In this document: positions 1 through 9,217 of the stretch, piece after piece
How positions within the stretch are numbered: position 1 is the first letter of the stretch
Layout of the letters: each line of letters begins with the position of its first letter
From: a virus
Lineage: Duplodnaviria; Caudoviricetes
Reading direction: 5' to 3' (one strand)
DNA: 60,870 nucleotides
IMG/VR virus record: IMGVR_UViG_3300045119_000559
Coordinates: 1 to 60,870 of that record
Notes under the pieces: generated by a model
The model's database searches: none
What the model was told of the DNA's origin: nothing
Seen by the model: the letters and a program-made list of their open reading frames with translations, nothing else
Translations under genes and position numbers: made by a program

Positions 1-1368
1 CTCGCGCAGATCACCGTGCGGCGGAGTGATCGCCAGAGGCGATCACTCTACACTGACAAGGGCCAGTTCATCGACTCGGACGGGCTGGTGGCGTCAGTGA
101 AGGCGAAGGGGGTGCTCAATCCCCTCATCGTGACGCGAGACTTCACCCTCGTCGCCGGCGAGCGCCGCCTCGAAGCATCGAAGCTCGCTGGTCGCACCGA
201 CGTTCCCGTACGGTTCATCGAGGACCTCGACGAAGCCGAAGCCAGGGAGGTGGAGCTTGAGGAGAACCTCAAGCGCACGGATTTGCCATGGCGCGACGAG
301 GTCGCGGCGATAGCGGAGTTGCACGCGCTGTACAAGAGCCGCAACCCCGCGCACACGCAAGCCGACACTTCTCGCCTCATCGGCTACGACAGCGTCGCCG
401 AGGCGCTACGTGTCGCCCGCGACCTCGACTCGCCGCGCATCGTCCATGCCAGCGGCATGCGGCAGGCATACAACGTGCTGTCGCGGATTGACGATCGCAA
501 AGCTGCCGACGCCGTCAACGACATAATCGACGGCGCAGCGGCGATATTCAGCGGGGCGGCTACACCTCCGCAACCAGAAGGCGCGGGCACCACAGCCCCG
601 CCCCAGGGGGGTACGGCGAGCCCAATCACCCACGCCGTACCCCCCGCCCGGCCCACGGCCACGGACTCCCCCGACATCATGCTCGGCGATTTCATCGAGT
701 GGTCGCGGACGTACAGCGGGCCGAGCTTCAACTTCATCCATTGCGACTTCCCCTACGGCATCGACCCGTTCAGCGGGCCGCAGGGGCGCATGGGTGCCAG
801 CACGGTGTACGCGGACACTCCAGACATATACGATGCCCTGATCCGCGCCCTGTGCTCCGCCCTGCCGCGCATCATGAGCCATAGCGCCCACCTGATGTTC
901 TGGCTCACCGCAGACATCGGCGTGCAGTGGCGGACGCTCGAAATGTTCCGAGCGCTCGCACCGTCGCTAACCTTCGCCATGAAGCCCCTCATCTGGCATA
1001 AGACCGACAACGTCGGGGTGCTCGCCGATCCGAAGCGCGGCCCACGGCATGTGTACGAGACAGCCTTGATCGCATCGCAGGAGGACAGGCTCATCGCCAA
1101 GGCGGTATCCGATGCATACGGCGCACCGACCGACAAATCCCACCACCCAAGCGCAAAGCCCGAGCCTGTGCTGCGCCACTTCATGCAGATGTTTATAGAT
1201 GATTGTTCGCTAGTGCTCGATCCTACATGCGGTGGCGGCAGTTCGCTTCGCGCGGCTGAAAGCCTAGGAGCGAGGAGGGTCTTTGGTATTGAAAGAGACC
1301 CTGAACACTACAATGCTGCGCAGAGCGCTATGCGGACGTTTAGGACCTTGCGGAGGGTAAGCAAGTGA
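1..1368 (+). CDS. ParB/Srx-domain + N4/N6 DNA methyltransferase fusion (5' end truncated by window)
   Basis: Frame is open from base 1 (LAQITVRRSDRQRR). ParB motif GVLNPLIV..LVAGERRLEA..ELEENLKR. MTase catalytic motif DFPYG (DPPY variant), HPSAKP, and SAM motif VLDPTCGGGS in beta-class order. Confidence 0.85.
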   Translation, partial: LAQITVRRSDRQRRSLYTDKGQFIDSDGLVASVKAKGVLNPLIVTRDFTLVAGERRLEASKLAGRTDVPVRFIEDLDEAEAREVELEENLKRTDLPWRDEVAAIAELHALYKSRNPAHTQADTSRLIGYDSVAEALRVARDLDSPRIVHASGMRQAYNVLSRIDDRKAADAVNDIIDGAAAIFSGAATPPQPEGAGTTAPPQGGTASPITHAVPPARPTATDSPDIMLGDFIEWSRTYSGPSFNFIHCDFPYGIDPFSGPQGRMGASTVYADTPDIYDALIRALCSALPRIMSHSAHLMFWLTADIGVQWRTLEMFRALAPSLTFAMKPLIWHKTDNVGVLADPKRGPRHVYETALIASQEDRLIAKAVSDAYGAPTDKSHHPSAKPEPVLRHFMQMFIDDCSLVLDPTCGGGSSLRAAESLGARRVFGIERDPEHYNAAQSAMRTFRTLRRVSK

Positions 1369-1886
1369 GGAAAGCTGAGGGCAATTGCATCATCGAGGGC
1401 TGTACTTCTCCGAAGTACTCGCGAGGGTGGTGCAAAATGCATTACGGGCGTTGGTATAGACGAGGCGATCCACAAACACGCCTACACGCAGAAAAGAATG
1501 CTCATGTTGGTAAAACCTGCACAGTTGAGGGATGTACCAATCCACAACGATGGATTGGTTTGTGTAAGGTACATTATCACAGGCAACAACAATTCGGAAG
1601 ATTTCACACAATAAAACGTCTGGATGGAGAAGGCACAATAACAAGGAACGGGCACAAGCTTCTCCAGATCAACGGCAAGAAGCAGTTCGAGCATGTAATC
1701 CTTGCAGAGAAGGCTCTGGGAAAGAAACTCCCTCCCAAGGCTGTAATCCATCACATGAACGGTAAAGGCGACGACAATCACACTCCATTCAACTTGATTG
1801 TTTGTCCAGATCAAGCGTATCATATGCTGCTTCACAAGAGAACTCGCGAATATGAAGCCAGAGTTTTCTGGAGTCGCATAAAATGA
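1365..1886 (+). CDS. HNH homing endonuclease with two N-terminal Cys/His zinc-finger repeats
   Basis: Two repeats of CxxxGC...CxxHY; EHVILAEKALG..VIHHMNG..DDN..FNLIVC..YH motif; AT-richer than its flanks. Confidence 0.85.
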   Translation: MRKAEGNCIIEGCTSPKYSRGWCKMHYGRWYRRGDPQTRLHAEKNAHVGKTCTVEGCTNPQRWIGLCKVHYHRQQQFGRFHTIKRLDGEGTITRNGHKLLQINGKKQFEHVILAEKALGKKLPPKAVIHHMNGKGDDNHTPFNLIVCPDQAYHMLLHKRTREYEARVFWSRIK

Positions 1887-2431
1887 CCTCGCGCATCCTC
1901 ATCGGCCTTTGCGGCCTCGCCGGCAGCGGCAAGTCCACTGTCGCGGAGCATCTCACGCGCGTCCATGGGTTCAGCCGCATCCGTTTCGCGGGCGCCTTGA
2001 AGCGCATGCTCGCCGCAGCAGGTGTGACGCACGATATGCTCGACGGTAGCGCGAAGGAGGAGCCCTGTGCCCTGCTATGCAACCGCACCCCGCGCCACGC
2101 GATGCAAACCCTCGGCACCGAGTGGGGCCGCCAGTGCATCGGACAGGACTTCTGGATCGGGCTGTGGCGCGCGGAAGTGGAACGATGGCCCTCGATGCAC
2201 ATCGTGGCAGATGATGTACGGTTCCCGAACGAACTTGCCGCCGTCCGCGCCCTTGGCGGTCGCATCTGGCTCGTCAAACGCCCTGCGCTACGCGCTATGC
2301 CGCACGCGAGCGAGCAACTTGACTTCGGCACTTGTCCGCCCAACCTTACGCTGCACAACTACGGCAGCATCGACGACCTCCACACGAAGGTCGATGATAT
2401 CGCAGGGGCGATGCTGGCGCAAGCGCGATGA
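1883..2431 (+). CDS. deoxynucleoside monophosphate kinase
   Basis: IGLCGLAGSGKST P-loop, FAGALK, TPRHAMQTLGTEWGR, DDVRFPNE, HASE. Confidence 0.9.
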   Translation: MTSRILIGLCGLAGSGKSTVAEHLTRVHGFSRIRFAGALKRMLAAAGVTHDMLDGSAKEEPCALLCNRTPRHAMQTLGTEWGRQCIGQDFWIGLWRAEVERWPSMHIVADDVRFPNELAAVRALGGRIWLVKRPALRAMPHASEQLDFGTCPPNLTLHNYGSIDDLHTKVDDIAGAMLAQAR

Positions 2432-2841
2432 CAGAGGAGTACCACGCAGTGGAAAAGATACGAGATCAAGCACACAGAGACGAAATCGAAGGGAAATCCA
2501 GCCTTTCATTTGATAGGCTTCGCGCCGTTAGCGCAGATCGCTGTAGAACAGGCTTCGGCCATACCTTAGACTCGTGGTCTGTCGCCGAGTGGGGCAACGC
2601 TGCCGCTGGTGAGTGCGGTGAAGCCTGCAACGTGGCGAAGAAGATACTTCGGTTCCGCGACGGCGTAGCGGGGAACAAGAAAACCAAGGAGGAATACATC
2701 GCAGACCTTGCCAGCGAAATCGCCGGTACGGTGATATATCTCGACTTGTGGGCCGCAAGCCAGGGTATTGACCTCGGCCAAGCCGTTATAGACGAGTTTA
2801 ACAAGAAGTCTATAGAAATCGGCTCGGATCGGCGACTATAG
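2428..2841 (+). CDS. MazG-like NTP pyrophosphohydrolase
   Basis: AGECGEACNVAKK...LASEIAGTVIYLDL...IDL..AVIDEFN pattern; the second ExxD motif reads EIAG. Confidence 0.75.
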   Translation: MTEEYHAVEKIRDQAHRDEIEGKSSLSFDRLRAVSADRCRTGFGHTLDSWSVAEWGNAAAGECGEACNVAKKILRFRDGVAGNKKTKEEYIADLASEIAGTVIYLDLWAASQGIDLGQAVIDEFNKKSIEIGSDRRL

Positions 2842-2848
2842 CCCCGCG

Positions 2849-3967
2849 ATGCACACCCCCACCGCGCCCTTCGCCCACACCAGCGGCCCTCGCACCGCAG
2901 CGATCGCCATTGTCGGGGAGGCTTTCGGCGAGCAGGAGGATTTGGTCGGCCTCCCGTTCATCGGCAACGCTGGGCAGGAGCTAACGCGCCTGCTGGAGGA
3001 GGCCGGCATCGCGCGGAAGGACTGTTTCCTCACCAATACCTTCGCCCTGCGCCCCTACACCGACGGTGGCACCGGCGCCGATGGTAAGCCAATCCGCATC
3101 CCGACCAACGAGATCACCGCCCTCTGTGTGAGCAAGCGCGATGTACTATCCCTCGATGCTACCTACAGTGCCCCGGCCCTGCGTACAGGTAAGTACATCC
3201 GCCCCGAGTTCCTCCCCGAGGTGGATCGACTTCGCGTGGAACTGCGCACTGTACGCCCAAACCTCGTGCTGGCGCTCGGCGGCACGGCGCTCTGGGCACT
3301 GTGCGGCACAAGCGCTATCGGAACACTCCGTGGGACTGCGGTGCAGGCAACTCTCGGCGACTACACCGCTAAGGTCTTGCCTACCTACCACCCTTCTTAC
3401 CTGTTCAAAATGTGGTCATACCGTCCGATTGTCCTGGCGGATTTGATGAAGGCGGGCAGGGAGGCAAGGTTCCCCGAGATTCGGCGGCCGCGCCGGCGAG
3501 TGCTGGTATTCCCCACCGTTGCCGAAGTGCGCGAGTGGTTCGCCGAGCATATTCCATCGACGCAAATGCTCGCCGTGGACATCGAGACCGCACGCGGTCA
3601 GATCACCGAGATCGGCTTCGCCAACGCCCGGGATAATTGCATGGTCGTGACGCTCGTGCAGGAGGATGCGGCGGAGCCGAGCTACTACAGCGAAGATGAC
3701 GAGGCGGACGTTCGGCGCGCGATACAAGGCGCACTGTCTGCGCCTTGTCGCAAACTCTTTCAGAACGGCATCTACGATCTGTCGTACTTGCTGCGTGAAG
3801 GTTTCCACCCTCGCAATTGTAGCGAGGACACGATGCTCTTGCATCATTCGTACTACCCGGAGGTGATGAAGGGCCTCGGGTTCCTAGGGAGCATTTACAG
3901 TAGTGAGCCAGCGTGGAAGATGATGTCTCGTAAACCCAAGGTACAGGAGACGAAGCGAGATGAATGA
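2849..3967 (+). CDS. uracil-DNA-glycosylase-like domain fused to 3'-5' exonuclease (N-terminal half of a split family A DNA polymerase)
   Basis: UDG family-4-like motifs IVGEAFG..E...GLPFIG.AG and TYHPS; ExoI VDIET, ExoII FQNGIYD, EDTMLLHH..KGLGFLGSIY. Confidence 0.85.
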   Translation: MHTPTAPFAHTSGPRTAAIAIVGEAFGEQEDLVGLPFIGNAGQELTRLLEEAGIARKDCFLTNTFALRPYTDGGTGADGKPIRIPTNEITALCVSKRDVLSLDATYSAPALRTGKYIRPEFLPEVDRLRVELRTVRPNLVLALGGTALWALCGTSAIGTLRGTAVQATLGDYTAKVLPTYHPSYLFKMWSYRPIVLADLMKAGREARFPEIRRPRRRVLVFPTVAEVREWFAEHIPSTQMLAVDIETARGQITEIGFANARDNCMVVTLVQEDAAEPSYYSEDDEADVRRAIQGALSAPCRKLFQNGIYDLSYLLREGFHPRNCSEDTMLLHHSYYPEVMKGLGFLGSIYSSEPAWKMMSRKPKVQETKRDE

Positions 3968-3976
3968 GGCCTTCGC

Positions 3977-4396
3977 ATGATCCGCGTTTACACAGCATCG
4001 AAGATCAGCACCGCGCCTGAGTGGCGCGACATCCATGCCACTCACCCCCATGTGCACTTCCACGCCCGGTGGCTCAAGCACAACCTCAAGGGCACGCCCG
4101 ACAGGGCAGACTTCGCATCGAAGTTCTGGCTGGAGGATGAGCGCGACGTTCACGACTGCGAGGCGCTCATCGTGTGGGCACGTGAGGGCGAGCACCTCCG
4201 TGGGGCGCTTGTCGAGGTCGGCATGGCCATCGCGTTTGGCAAACCAGTCATCGTCGTCGGCACGCATGCAGACTACAGCACCTGGCAGCATCATCCGCAG
4301 TGCCAACTGGCGCGCGATCTCGCGCATGCGCTGGAGTTGCTCGTGGCGCTGGACATCGCCAACGGCACGCACCAGGATCATGGGGCGCATCCCTGA
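3977..4396 (+). CDS. nucleoside 2-deoxyribosyltransferase-like protein
   Basis: VYTAS...ED..DV..CEALIVW...GALVEVGMAIAFGKPVIVVG. Confidence 0.75.
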   Translation: MIRVYTASKISTAPEWRDIHATHPHVHFHARWLKHNLKGTPDRADFASKFWLEDERDVHDCEALIVWAREGEHLRGALVEVGMAIAFGKPVIVVGTHADYSTWQHHPQCQLARDLAHALELLVALDIANGTHQDHGAHP

Positions 4397-5910
4397 TGCC
4401 CTACGTCTACACCGACGAGCTACAGCAGGGCATCCGGCACTTGTACAATGACCAATTGTACAACGGCCTCGACGCCTGCATAACGCTCGAGGTGTTCGAG
4501 GAGCTTTGCGGACTTAGCAACCGCCCCCCGCCGGTGTATGACTTCAGCCGGGCGCTCCAAGCGCCCGTGCTAGAGATGATGCTTCGCGGCTTCGCGGTGG
4601 ACGAGTATGAGCGCCAAGCAGGCCTGCGCCTGCTGCGCGAGCGCCGCACGGTTCTGAACAACGCGCTGCAGCTCATGGCCTACGCCGTATGGGACCGGCC
4701 CTTGAACCCACGCTCGCCGCCCGCTTTGCGGGCCTTCTTCTACGATACCATGCGGCTGCCTGTGCAGCATGCATCGACGAAAGGCGAACGCCGTGTTAGC
4801 ACAAATCGCGAATGCTTGGAGAAACTTGAGGTCTACTTGTATGCTCGACCCATCATCGCTACAATTCTTGCCGTACGAGACACTGACAAACAGATTGAAG
4901 ACTTTGAACAGTTGCTTGACCCTGATGGACGATTTAGAACTTCGTTCAACATCGCAGGGACGGAAACATGGCGCTTCTCTTCAAGCAAATCGCCAACTGG
5001 TACTGGCGGAAATATCCAGAACAAAACGCGCGATGACGATCCAGAATTCGGCAAACACGGAGAGCAGTCGTTACGGAAGCCCTTCATAGCCGACGCAGGG
5101 ATGAAGTTGTGCGAACTCGACCTTGAACAGGCCGAAAGTCGAGAGTGCGGCTTGATCTTCGGCACGCTCTTCGACGATTGGTCCTACCTCGACGCATGCG
5201 AGCAAGACGATCTTCACACCACCACGGCGCGTATGGTCTGGCCTGGCGTCATCACCGATCGCAAGTCTGCCGATCGGTCGTTCTACCGCAACTACACCTA
5301 CCGCGACATGTCGAAGCGCGGCGGGCATCTCACATCCTACATGGGCACTGCGTGGACCATGAGTCGTTCATTGAAAATCCCCCTTCGTACGGCAGAGGCA
5401 TTCCAACTTGCCTTCGCCACCGGGCCAAAGGCCGCCTTCCCTGCCTTCCCGCGCTGGTGGCGCCACTGTGCGCAGCAATTGCAGACGAAGCAGGAACTGT
5501 GCAACTCCTTCGGCGTCACGCGGCTTTTCTTCGGCAGGCCCAGCGACGACGCCACGCTCCGCGAGGCCGTAGCGTTCGGGCCGCAGAGCAGCACCGCGAT
5601 GCGGACGAACCTCGGCCTATGGCGCATCTGGCGCACCATGCACGATGCCGGAGTGCAGGTGCTGGCACAGAAGCACGACTCCGTGACATTCCAGTATCCC
5701 GAAGGGGCGGATGAAGCGGGCATCGTGAAGCGCGCCCGCGCATGCATGAGCACGCCACTGGCATGCGCCGGCCGCACATATGACGTTCCCACCGATGCGA
5801 AGGTCGGATGGAATTGGGGCGCGTACGGCCCGCGCAACCCGAATGGCATGCGCAAGTTCCGTGGCACCGATGACCGCCGCCGACTCGTCGGTATGGAGAG
5901 GCCTCTATGA
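4396..5910 (+). CDS. polA: family A DNA polymerase, polymerase domain with N-terminal ExoIII motif
   Basis: ATG overlaps the upstream stop (TGATG). YNGLD (ExoIII), GTETWRFSS, motif A DLEQAE, motif B RDMSKRGGHLTSYMG, motif C KHDS. Confidence 0.92.
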   Translation: MPYVYTDELQQGIRHLYNDQLYNGLDACITLEVFEELCGLSNRPPPVYDFSRALQAPVLEMMLRGFAVDEYERQAGLRLLRERRTVLNNALQLMAYAVWDRPLNPRSPPALRAFFYDTMRLPVQHASTKGERRVSTNRECLEKLEVYLYARPIIATILAVRDTDKQIEDFEQLLDPDGRFRTSFNIAGTETWRFSSSKSPTGTGGNIQNKTRDDDPEFGKHGEQSLRKPFIADAGMKLCELDLEQAESRECGLIFGTLFDDWSYLDACEQDDLHTTTARMVWPGVITDRKSADRSFYRNYTYRDMSKRGGHLTSYMGTAWTMSRSLKIPLRTAEAFQLAFATGPKAAFPAFPRWWRHCAQQLQTKQELCNSFGVTRLFFGRPSDDATLREAVAFGPQSSTAMRTNLGLWRIWRTMHDAGVQVLAQKHDSVTFQYPEGADEAGIVKRARACMSTPLACAGRTYDVPTDAKVGWNWGAYGPRNPNGMRKFRGTDDRRRLVGMERPL

Positions 5911-6266
5911 TGTGGCTGTTACGAACATTGTTCGGGGCACTAAGTTCTTCGGTGAATGCTGGCTTCGTCAACTCCATATCACCAACAGAGGCGAGACACG
6001 CACGACTAAAGTCCTTGCGAGATGAAACTCGAAAGTTCATATCTGAGATGAGAGAGCTACACGGAACTTCAGAATTTAGAATGTCAGAAATGGCGAAGCA
6101 ACATCAAGAAGAAACTTGCAGGCTCGTTGCCCGCATAGAATTTCTCGAGCAACTCAATGCTGCTCATCTTAAGGAGAAGATGGACGTTATCGAACTCATG
6201 AGGAAGATGTCGCACAGTGCCTTGGTAGGTGCGATAACTTCAGTCATAAACCGCCCGAGGCTGTAA
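5907..6266 (+). CDS. hypothetical coiled-coil protein
   Basis: ORF fills the gap between polA and the ATPase with an ATGA overlap; lower GC. Confidence 0.6.
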   Translation: MMWLLRTLFGALSSSVNAGFVNSISPTEARHARLKSLRDETRKFISEMRELHGTSEFRMSEMAKQHQEETCRLVARIEFLEQLNAAHLKEKMDVIELMRKMSHSALVGAITSVINRPRL

Positions 6267-6267
6267 T

Positions 6268-7440
6268 GTGGCTGCAGATTTCATCGACTCTTTCTTGGCG
6301 TACACCGATCAGGTGCCCTCGCCGTATATCTTCCGCCTCTGGGCGGGTATCGCCGGCGTGGCGGGCGCGCTGGAGCGCCGCGTCTGGGTCCGAGCGCTGC
6401 CGCAGCCGACGTTCGCGAACTTGTACGTCTTGCTCGTAGCCTCGCCGGGCATCGGCAAGGGCGTAATTGACGAGATCACCCATGTCTGGAAGCGCGCGAA
6501 GAAGTTGCACTTGGCACCCGACAGCGTCACCAGTGCTAGCCTCCTTGACGCCCTGCTCGATGCTCGTAGACTTATTGTCAAAGATGGAGTACCAGAGTTC
6601 GAGTACCATTCTCTTATCGTACCAAGCGAGGAATTTGGAGTTCTTGTTCCGGCACATGATCTTGAGTTCCTTTCCAGGCTTAACCGCATATTCACCAATC
6701 CCGAGGAGCTGCGTGTCCGCCGCAAGTACATCAAGGAGGAAATCCGCATCGTGCAGCCACAGCTAACGATATTGGCTGGAACCCAACCCGGTTACCTGGC
6801 GTCTCTGCTGCCCGAGGAGGCCTGGTCGATGGGTTTCACGCAGCGTATCCTGTTCATCCACGCGAGCAAGGGCGAGCACAAGACGCTATTCGCGCATGAG
6901 GAGCGCAGCGCCGAGTCCATCGGCGCGTGCATGCGACAACTGGCGGATATGAAGGGCGAAGTGCGATTTGCCCCTGTGGCGGCGAAGCGCATCGGCGAGT
7001 GGCACAACGCCGGAGGGCCGCCAAGGCCCTCCCATGTACGCCTAACGCACTACCTCAACCGCCGTACGCAGTTCATGCTCAAGTTGATGCTTGTGAGTTG
7101 CGCCAGCCGCCTCGACGGCGGCGAGGTCATCGAGTTCGACTATGAAAGGGCGCTCACTTGGCTGTTGGCCGCCGAGCATCACATGCCAGATGTGTTCCTG
7201 GAGATGGCCGGCAAGTCCGACGCCAATGTGCTGTCGGACCTCTCTTATTGGGGCTGGACCGTCTACACTCGGACGAAGTCTCCCATCCACGAGTCGCGCA
7301 TCCATGCCTTCCTCTCAACCCGCGTGCCGAGCGAGAAGGTGCCGCACATCTTCGCCCTGGCGATACGATCGGCGCTATGGGAGAATATCCCGGAGGGCAG
7401 CAAGACCTGGGTGCCACGAGCCAGAGAAACAGAGGCCTGA
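6268..7440 (+). CDS. DUF3987-like P-loop ATPase (putative replicative helicase/primase partner)
   Basis: FIDSFLAY...P..F..W.GI..VAGAL.RRVW...NLYVLLVASPGIGKG; EEFG Walker-B-like; GFTQR; located in the replication module. Confidence 0.7.
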   Translation: MAADFIDSFLAYTDQVPSPYIFRLWAGIAGVAGALERRVWVRALPQPTFANLYVLLVASPGIGKGVIDEITHVWKRAKKLHLAPDSVTSASLLDALLDARRLIVKDGVPEFEYHSLIVPSEEFGVLVPAHDLEFLSRLNRIFTNPEELRVRRKYIKEEIRIVQPQLTILAGTQPGYLASLLPEEAWSMGFTQRILFIHASKGEHKTLFAHEERSAESIGACMRQLADMKGEVRFAPVAAKRIGEWHNAGGPPRPSHVRLTHYLNRRTQFMLKLMLVSCASRLDGGEVIEFDYERALTWLLAAEHHMPDVFLEMAGKSDANVLSDLSYWGWTVYTRTKSPIHESRIHAFLSTRVPSEKVPHIFALAIRSALWENIPEGSKTWVPRARETEA

Positions 7441-7552
7441 CGCATGCGCGATGAGCAGTCTGAACGCCTTATACGTGCTCTGGTAGAGATAGACAAAGGA
7501 CTTGGAGCAATTGCACTCGTGATGATGCTATGTACCTTCTTCCTTGTAGCCT

Positions 7553-7795
7553 GTGGTCACGGCTGATATGAACCGCCTCCTCGCGAACTCTTACTTCCGC
7601 CCCGCCGGCACGGACCTCGTCCCGTGCAGCACCCTGCTGGCGAAGTACCGCCATTGGCGCTGGATTAACCGGGATAGGTCGCTCTGCGATAGGGTCCTCG
7701 CGCCCACACCGCCCGGCCACGACGCGCGGCCGGTGTGCCCTGAGTGCCACATCGCCCGCCGCTACATGCGCGCCAAGGCCGAGGCCTGCACATGA
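7553..7795 (+). CDS. hypothetical protein (Cys/His, possible Zn-binding)
   Basis: ORF in operon orientation; CPECH motif. Confidence 0.45.
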   Translation: MVTADMNRLLANSYFRPAGTDLVPCSTLLAKYRHWRWINRDRSLCDRVLAPTPPGHDARPVCPECHIARRYMRAKAEACT

Positions 7796-8064
7796 GCGGC
7801 GCTGGTGCGCCGCAGGCGCTGGTCTACGCCTACACCGTACTGGCCTGCGAGCGCCGCAGGGCGCTGACGAGCGCGCAGAAGCTCGCCGACGGCACGGTGC
7901 GGCAGCTATTCACGGACTTGGGGTGGTTCGTCACGGTGCGGGCAGTTGCGCCGGCAACAGCCCCGGCGCTGTCCTTCGGCACCGGCACCGATGATCCGGG
8001 CTTCCGCGCCGGCATGATGATCGACCTTGTACTCAGACCCAGAAAGGACCAAGCAGATGGCTAA
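7792..8064 (+). CDS. hypothetical protein
   Basis: ATGA overlap with the previous ORF; ends overlapping the endolysin start. Confidence 0.5.
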   Translation: MSGAGAPQALVYAYTVLACERRRALTSAQKLADGTVRQLFTDLGWFVTVRAVAPATAPALSFGTGTDDPGFRAGMMIDLVLRPRKDQADG

Positions 8065-8725
8065 AGCAGCAGCAGCACCAGTGCAAGCACCACAGGCGGC
8101 ATACTCGCAGCCACTCGTCGTGGATATCTACCATGGCGACAACGTCATCGACTTCCACGCAGTGCGCGCCAGTGGCATCCTCGGAGTGATTCACAAGGCT
8201 TCCCAGGGCACCGGCATCACGGATGTGGCGTATGCCCAGCGACGCAAGGCGGCCCTAGCCGCCGGGCTGCGGTGGGGAGCGTATGGCTTCATGTCGCTGG
8301 AGGACGGAGTGGCCCAGGCGCGGCACCTGCTCAGCGTCGCCGACTGTGACGCTGATACGCTCATCGCCATCGACTGGGAGAACGTCGGGCGCGCAGCGCC
8401 GAGCGCGCACATCGCCCGCGCGATGCTCGAAGAGATCGCCGCGACTCTTGGCCGCCGGGCGAAAATCTACAGCGGCAACGTGGCGAAGGAGCAGCTCGGC
8501 GACTCGGCCGATGAGTTCTTCGCCGGGCATGATCTGTGGCTCTGCCAGTACGGGCCGAAGTGGCGGACACAGGCATCGTGGAAGCGCCCGTGGCTGTGGC
8601 AGAACAATGGCGACGCCTTTGGCCCCGGCCCGCACAGGATCGCGGGCATCTCCGGCCTATGCGACAACAACTGCGTCATCGCACCCGACACTGCAGAGTC
8701 GATGCTGGCGAGGTGGGCAGCATGA
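8057..8725 (+). CDS. GH25 muramidase endolysin
   Basis: VVDIYHG, VIHKASQG, WGAYGF, IAIDWE (DxE), LWLCQY, WLWQ, CDNN; RBS AAAGGA. Confidence 0.88.
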   Translation: MAKAAAAPVQAPQAAYSQPLVVDIYHGDNVIDFHAVRASGILGVIHKASQGTGITDVAYAQRRKAALAAGLRWGAYGFMSLEDGVAQARHLLSVADCDADTLIAIDWENVGRAAPSAHIARAMLEEIAATLGRRAKIYSGNVAKEQLGDSADEFFAGHDLWLCQYGPKWRTQASWKRPWLWQNNGDAFGPGPHRIAGISGLCDNNCVIAPDTAESMLARWAA

Positions 8726-8997
8726 CAGTCGTCTGCGCTGGTGTTGTATTAGCGGTTGCCGTGCTTGGGCAACCGCTACACGTAGGGAACGACACCTGGG
8801 GAGCGTTCTGCTCCAGCGACTCTAGAGTCCTGCCCGATAATCTCAAGCTGATCTTCGACACTCCATACTACGCCGGAGTGTACTGCCGCACCAGTGATGA
8901 GATGACATTCTATGCATCTGGCGTAGTGCGGGAGATCGAACTACACCCGCGCAGCAAAGAAGTGCATTACTTCTGCGTATCGGGGCCAGGGGGCTGA
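8722..8997 (+). CDS. hypothetical protein with hydrophobic N-terminus
   Basis: ATGA overlap with the endolysin; last + strand gene before the convergence point. Confidence 0.5.
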   Translation: MTVVCAGVVLAVAVLGQPLHVGNDTWGAFCSSDSRVLPDNLKLIFDTPYYAGVYCRTSDEMTFYASGVVREIELHPRSKEVHYFCVSGPGG

Positions 8998-9212
8998 TCC
9001 GCCAGTTGCGACTTCAACGCATCTCGCTCTTTCGTCACCGCCGCAACTTGCGCCTGCAGCGATTGCACCAGCGCTTGCAACCTCGCCACGGCAAGGTCCT
9101 GCAGCGCAAGTTGCTGACCATAGCCGGAGATGAGGCGCTCCTCTGGCGACTGTTGCGCTAGCGCTGGCGTCAGCACCAGGGCCAGCACCAGTGCAATTGC
9201 AATTCTATTCAT
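8967..9212 (-). CDS. small exported coiled-coil protein
   Basis: Signal peptide MNRIAIALVLALVLTPALA|QQ followed by a heptad-like helix. Confidence 0.65.
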   Translation of the reverse strand: MNRIAIALVLALVLTPALAQQSPEERLISGYGQQLALQDLAVARLQALVQSLQAQVAAVTKERDALKSQLADQPPGPDTQK

Positions 9213-9217
9213 CGCCT

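Noticed and set aside
1883-5910. dZ or deazaguanine genome system
   Set aside because: No PurZ, DatZ, DpdA or Que/FolE genes were recognised in the window.
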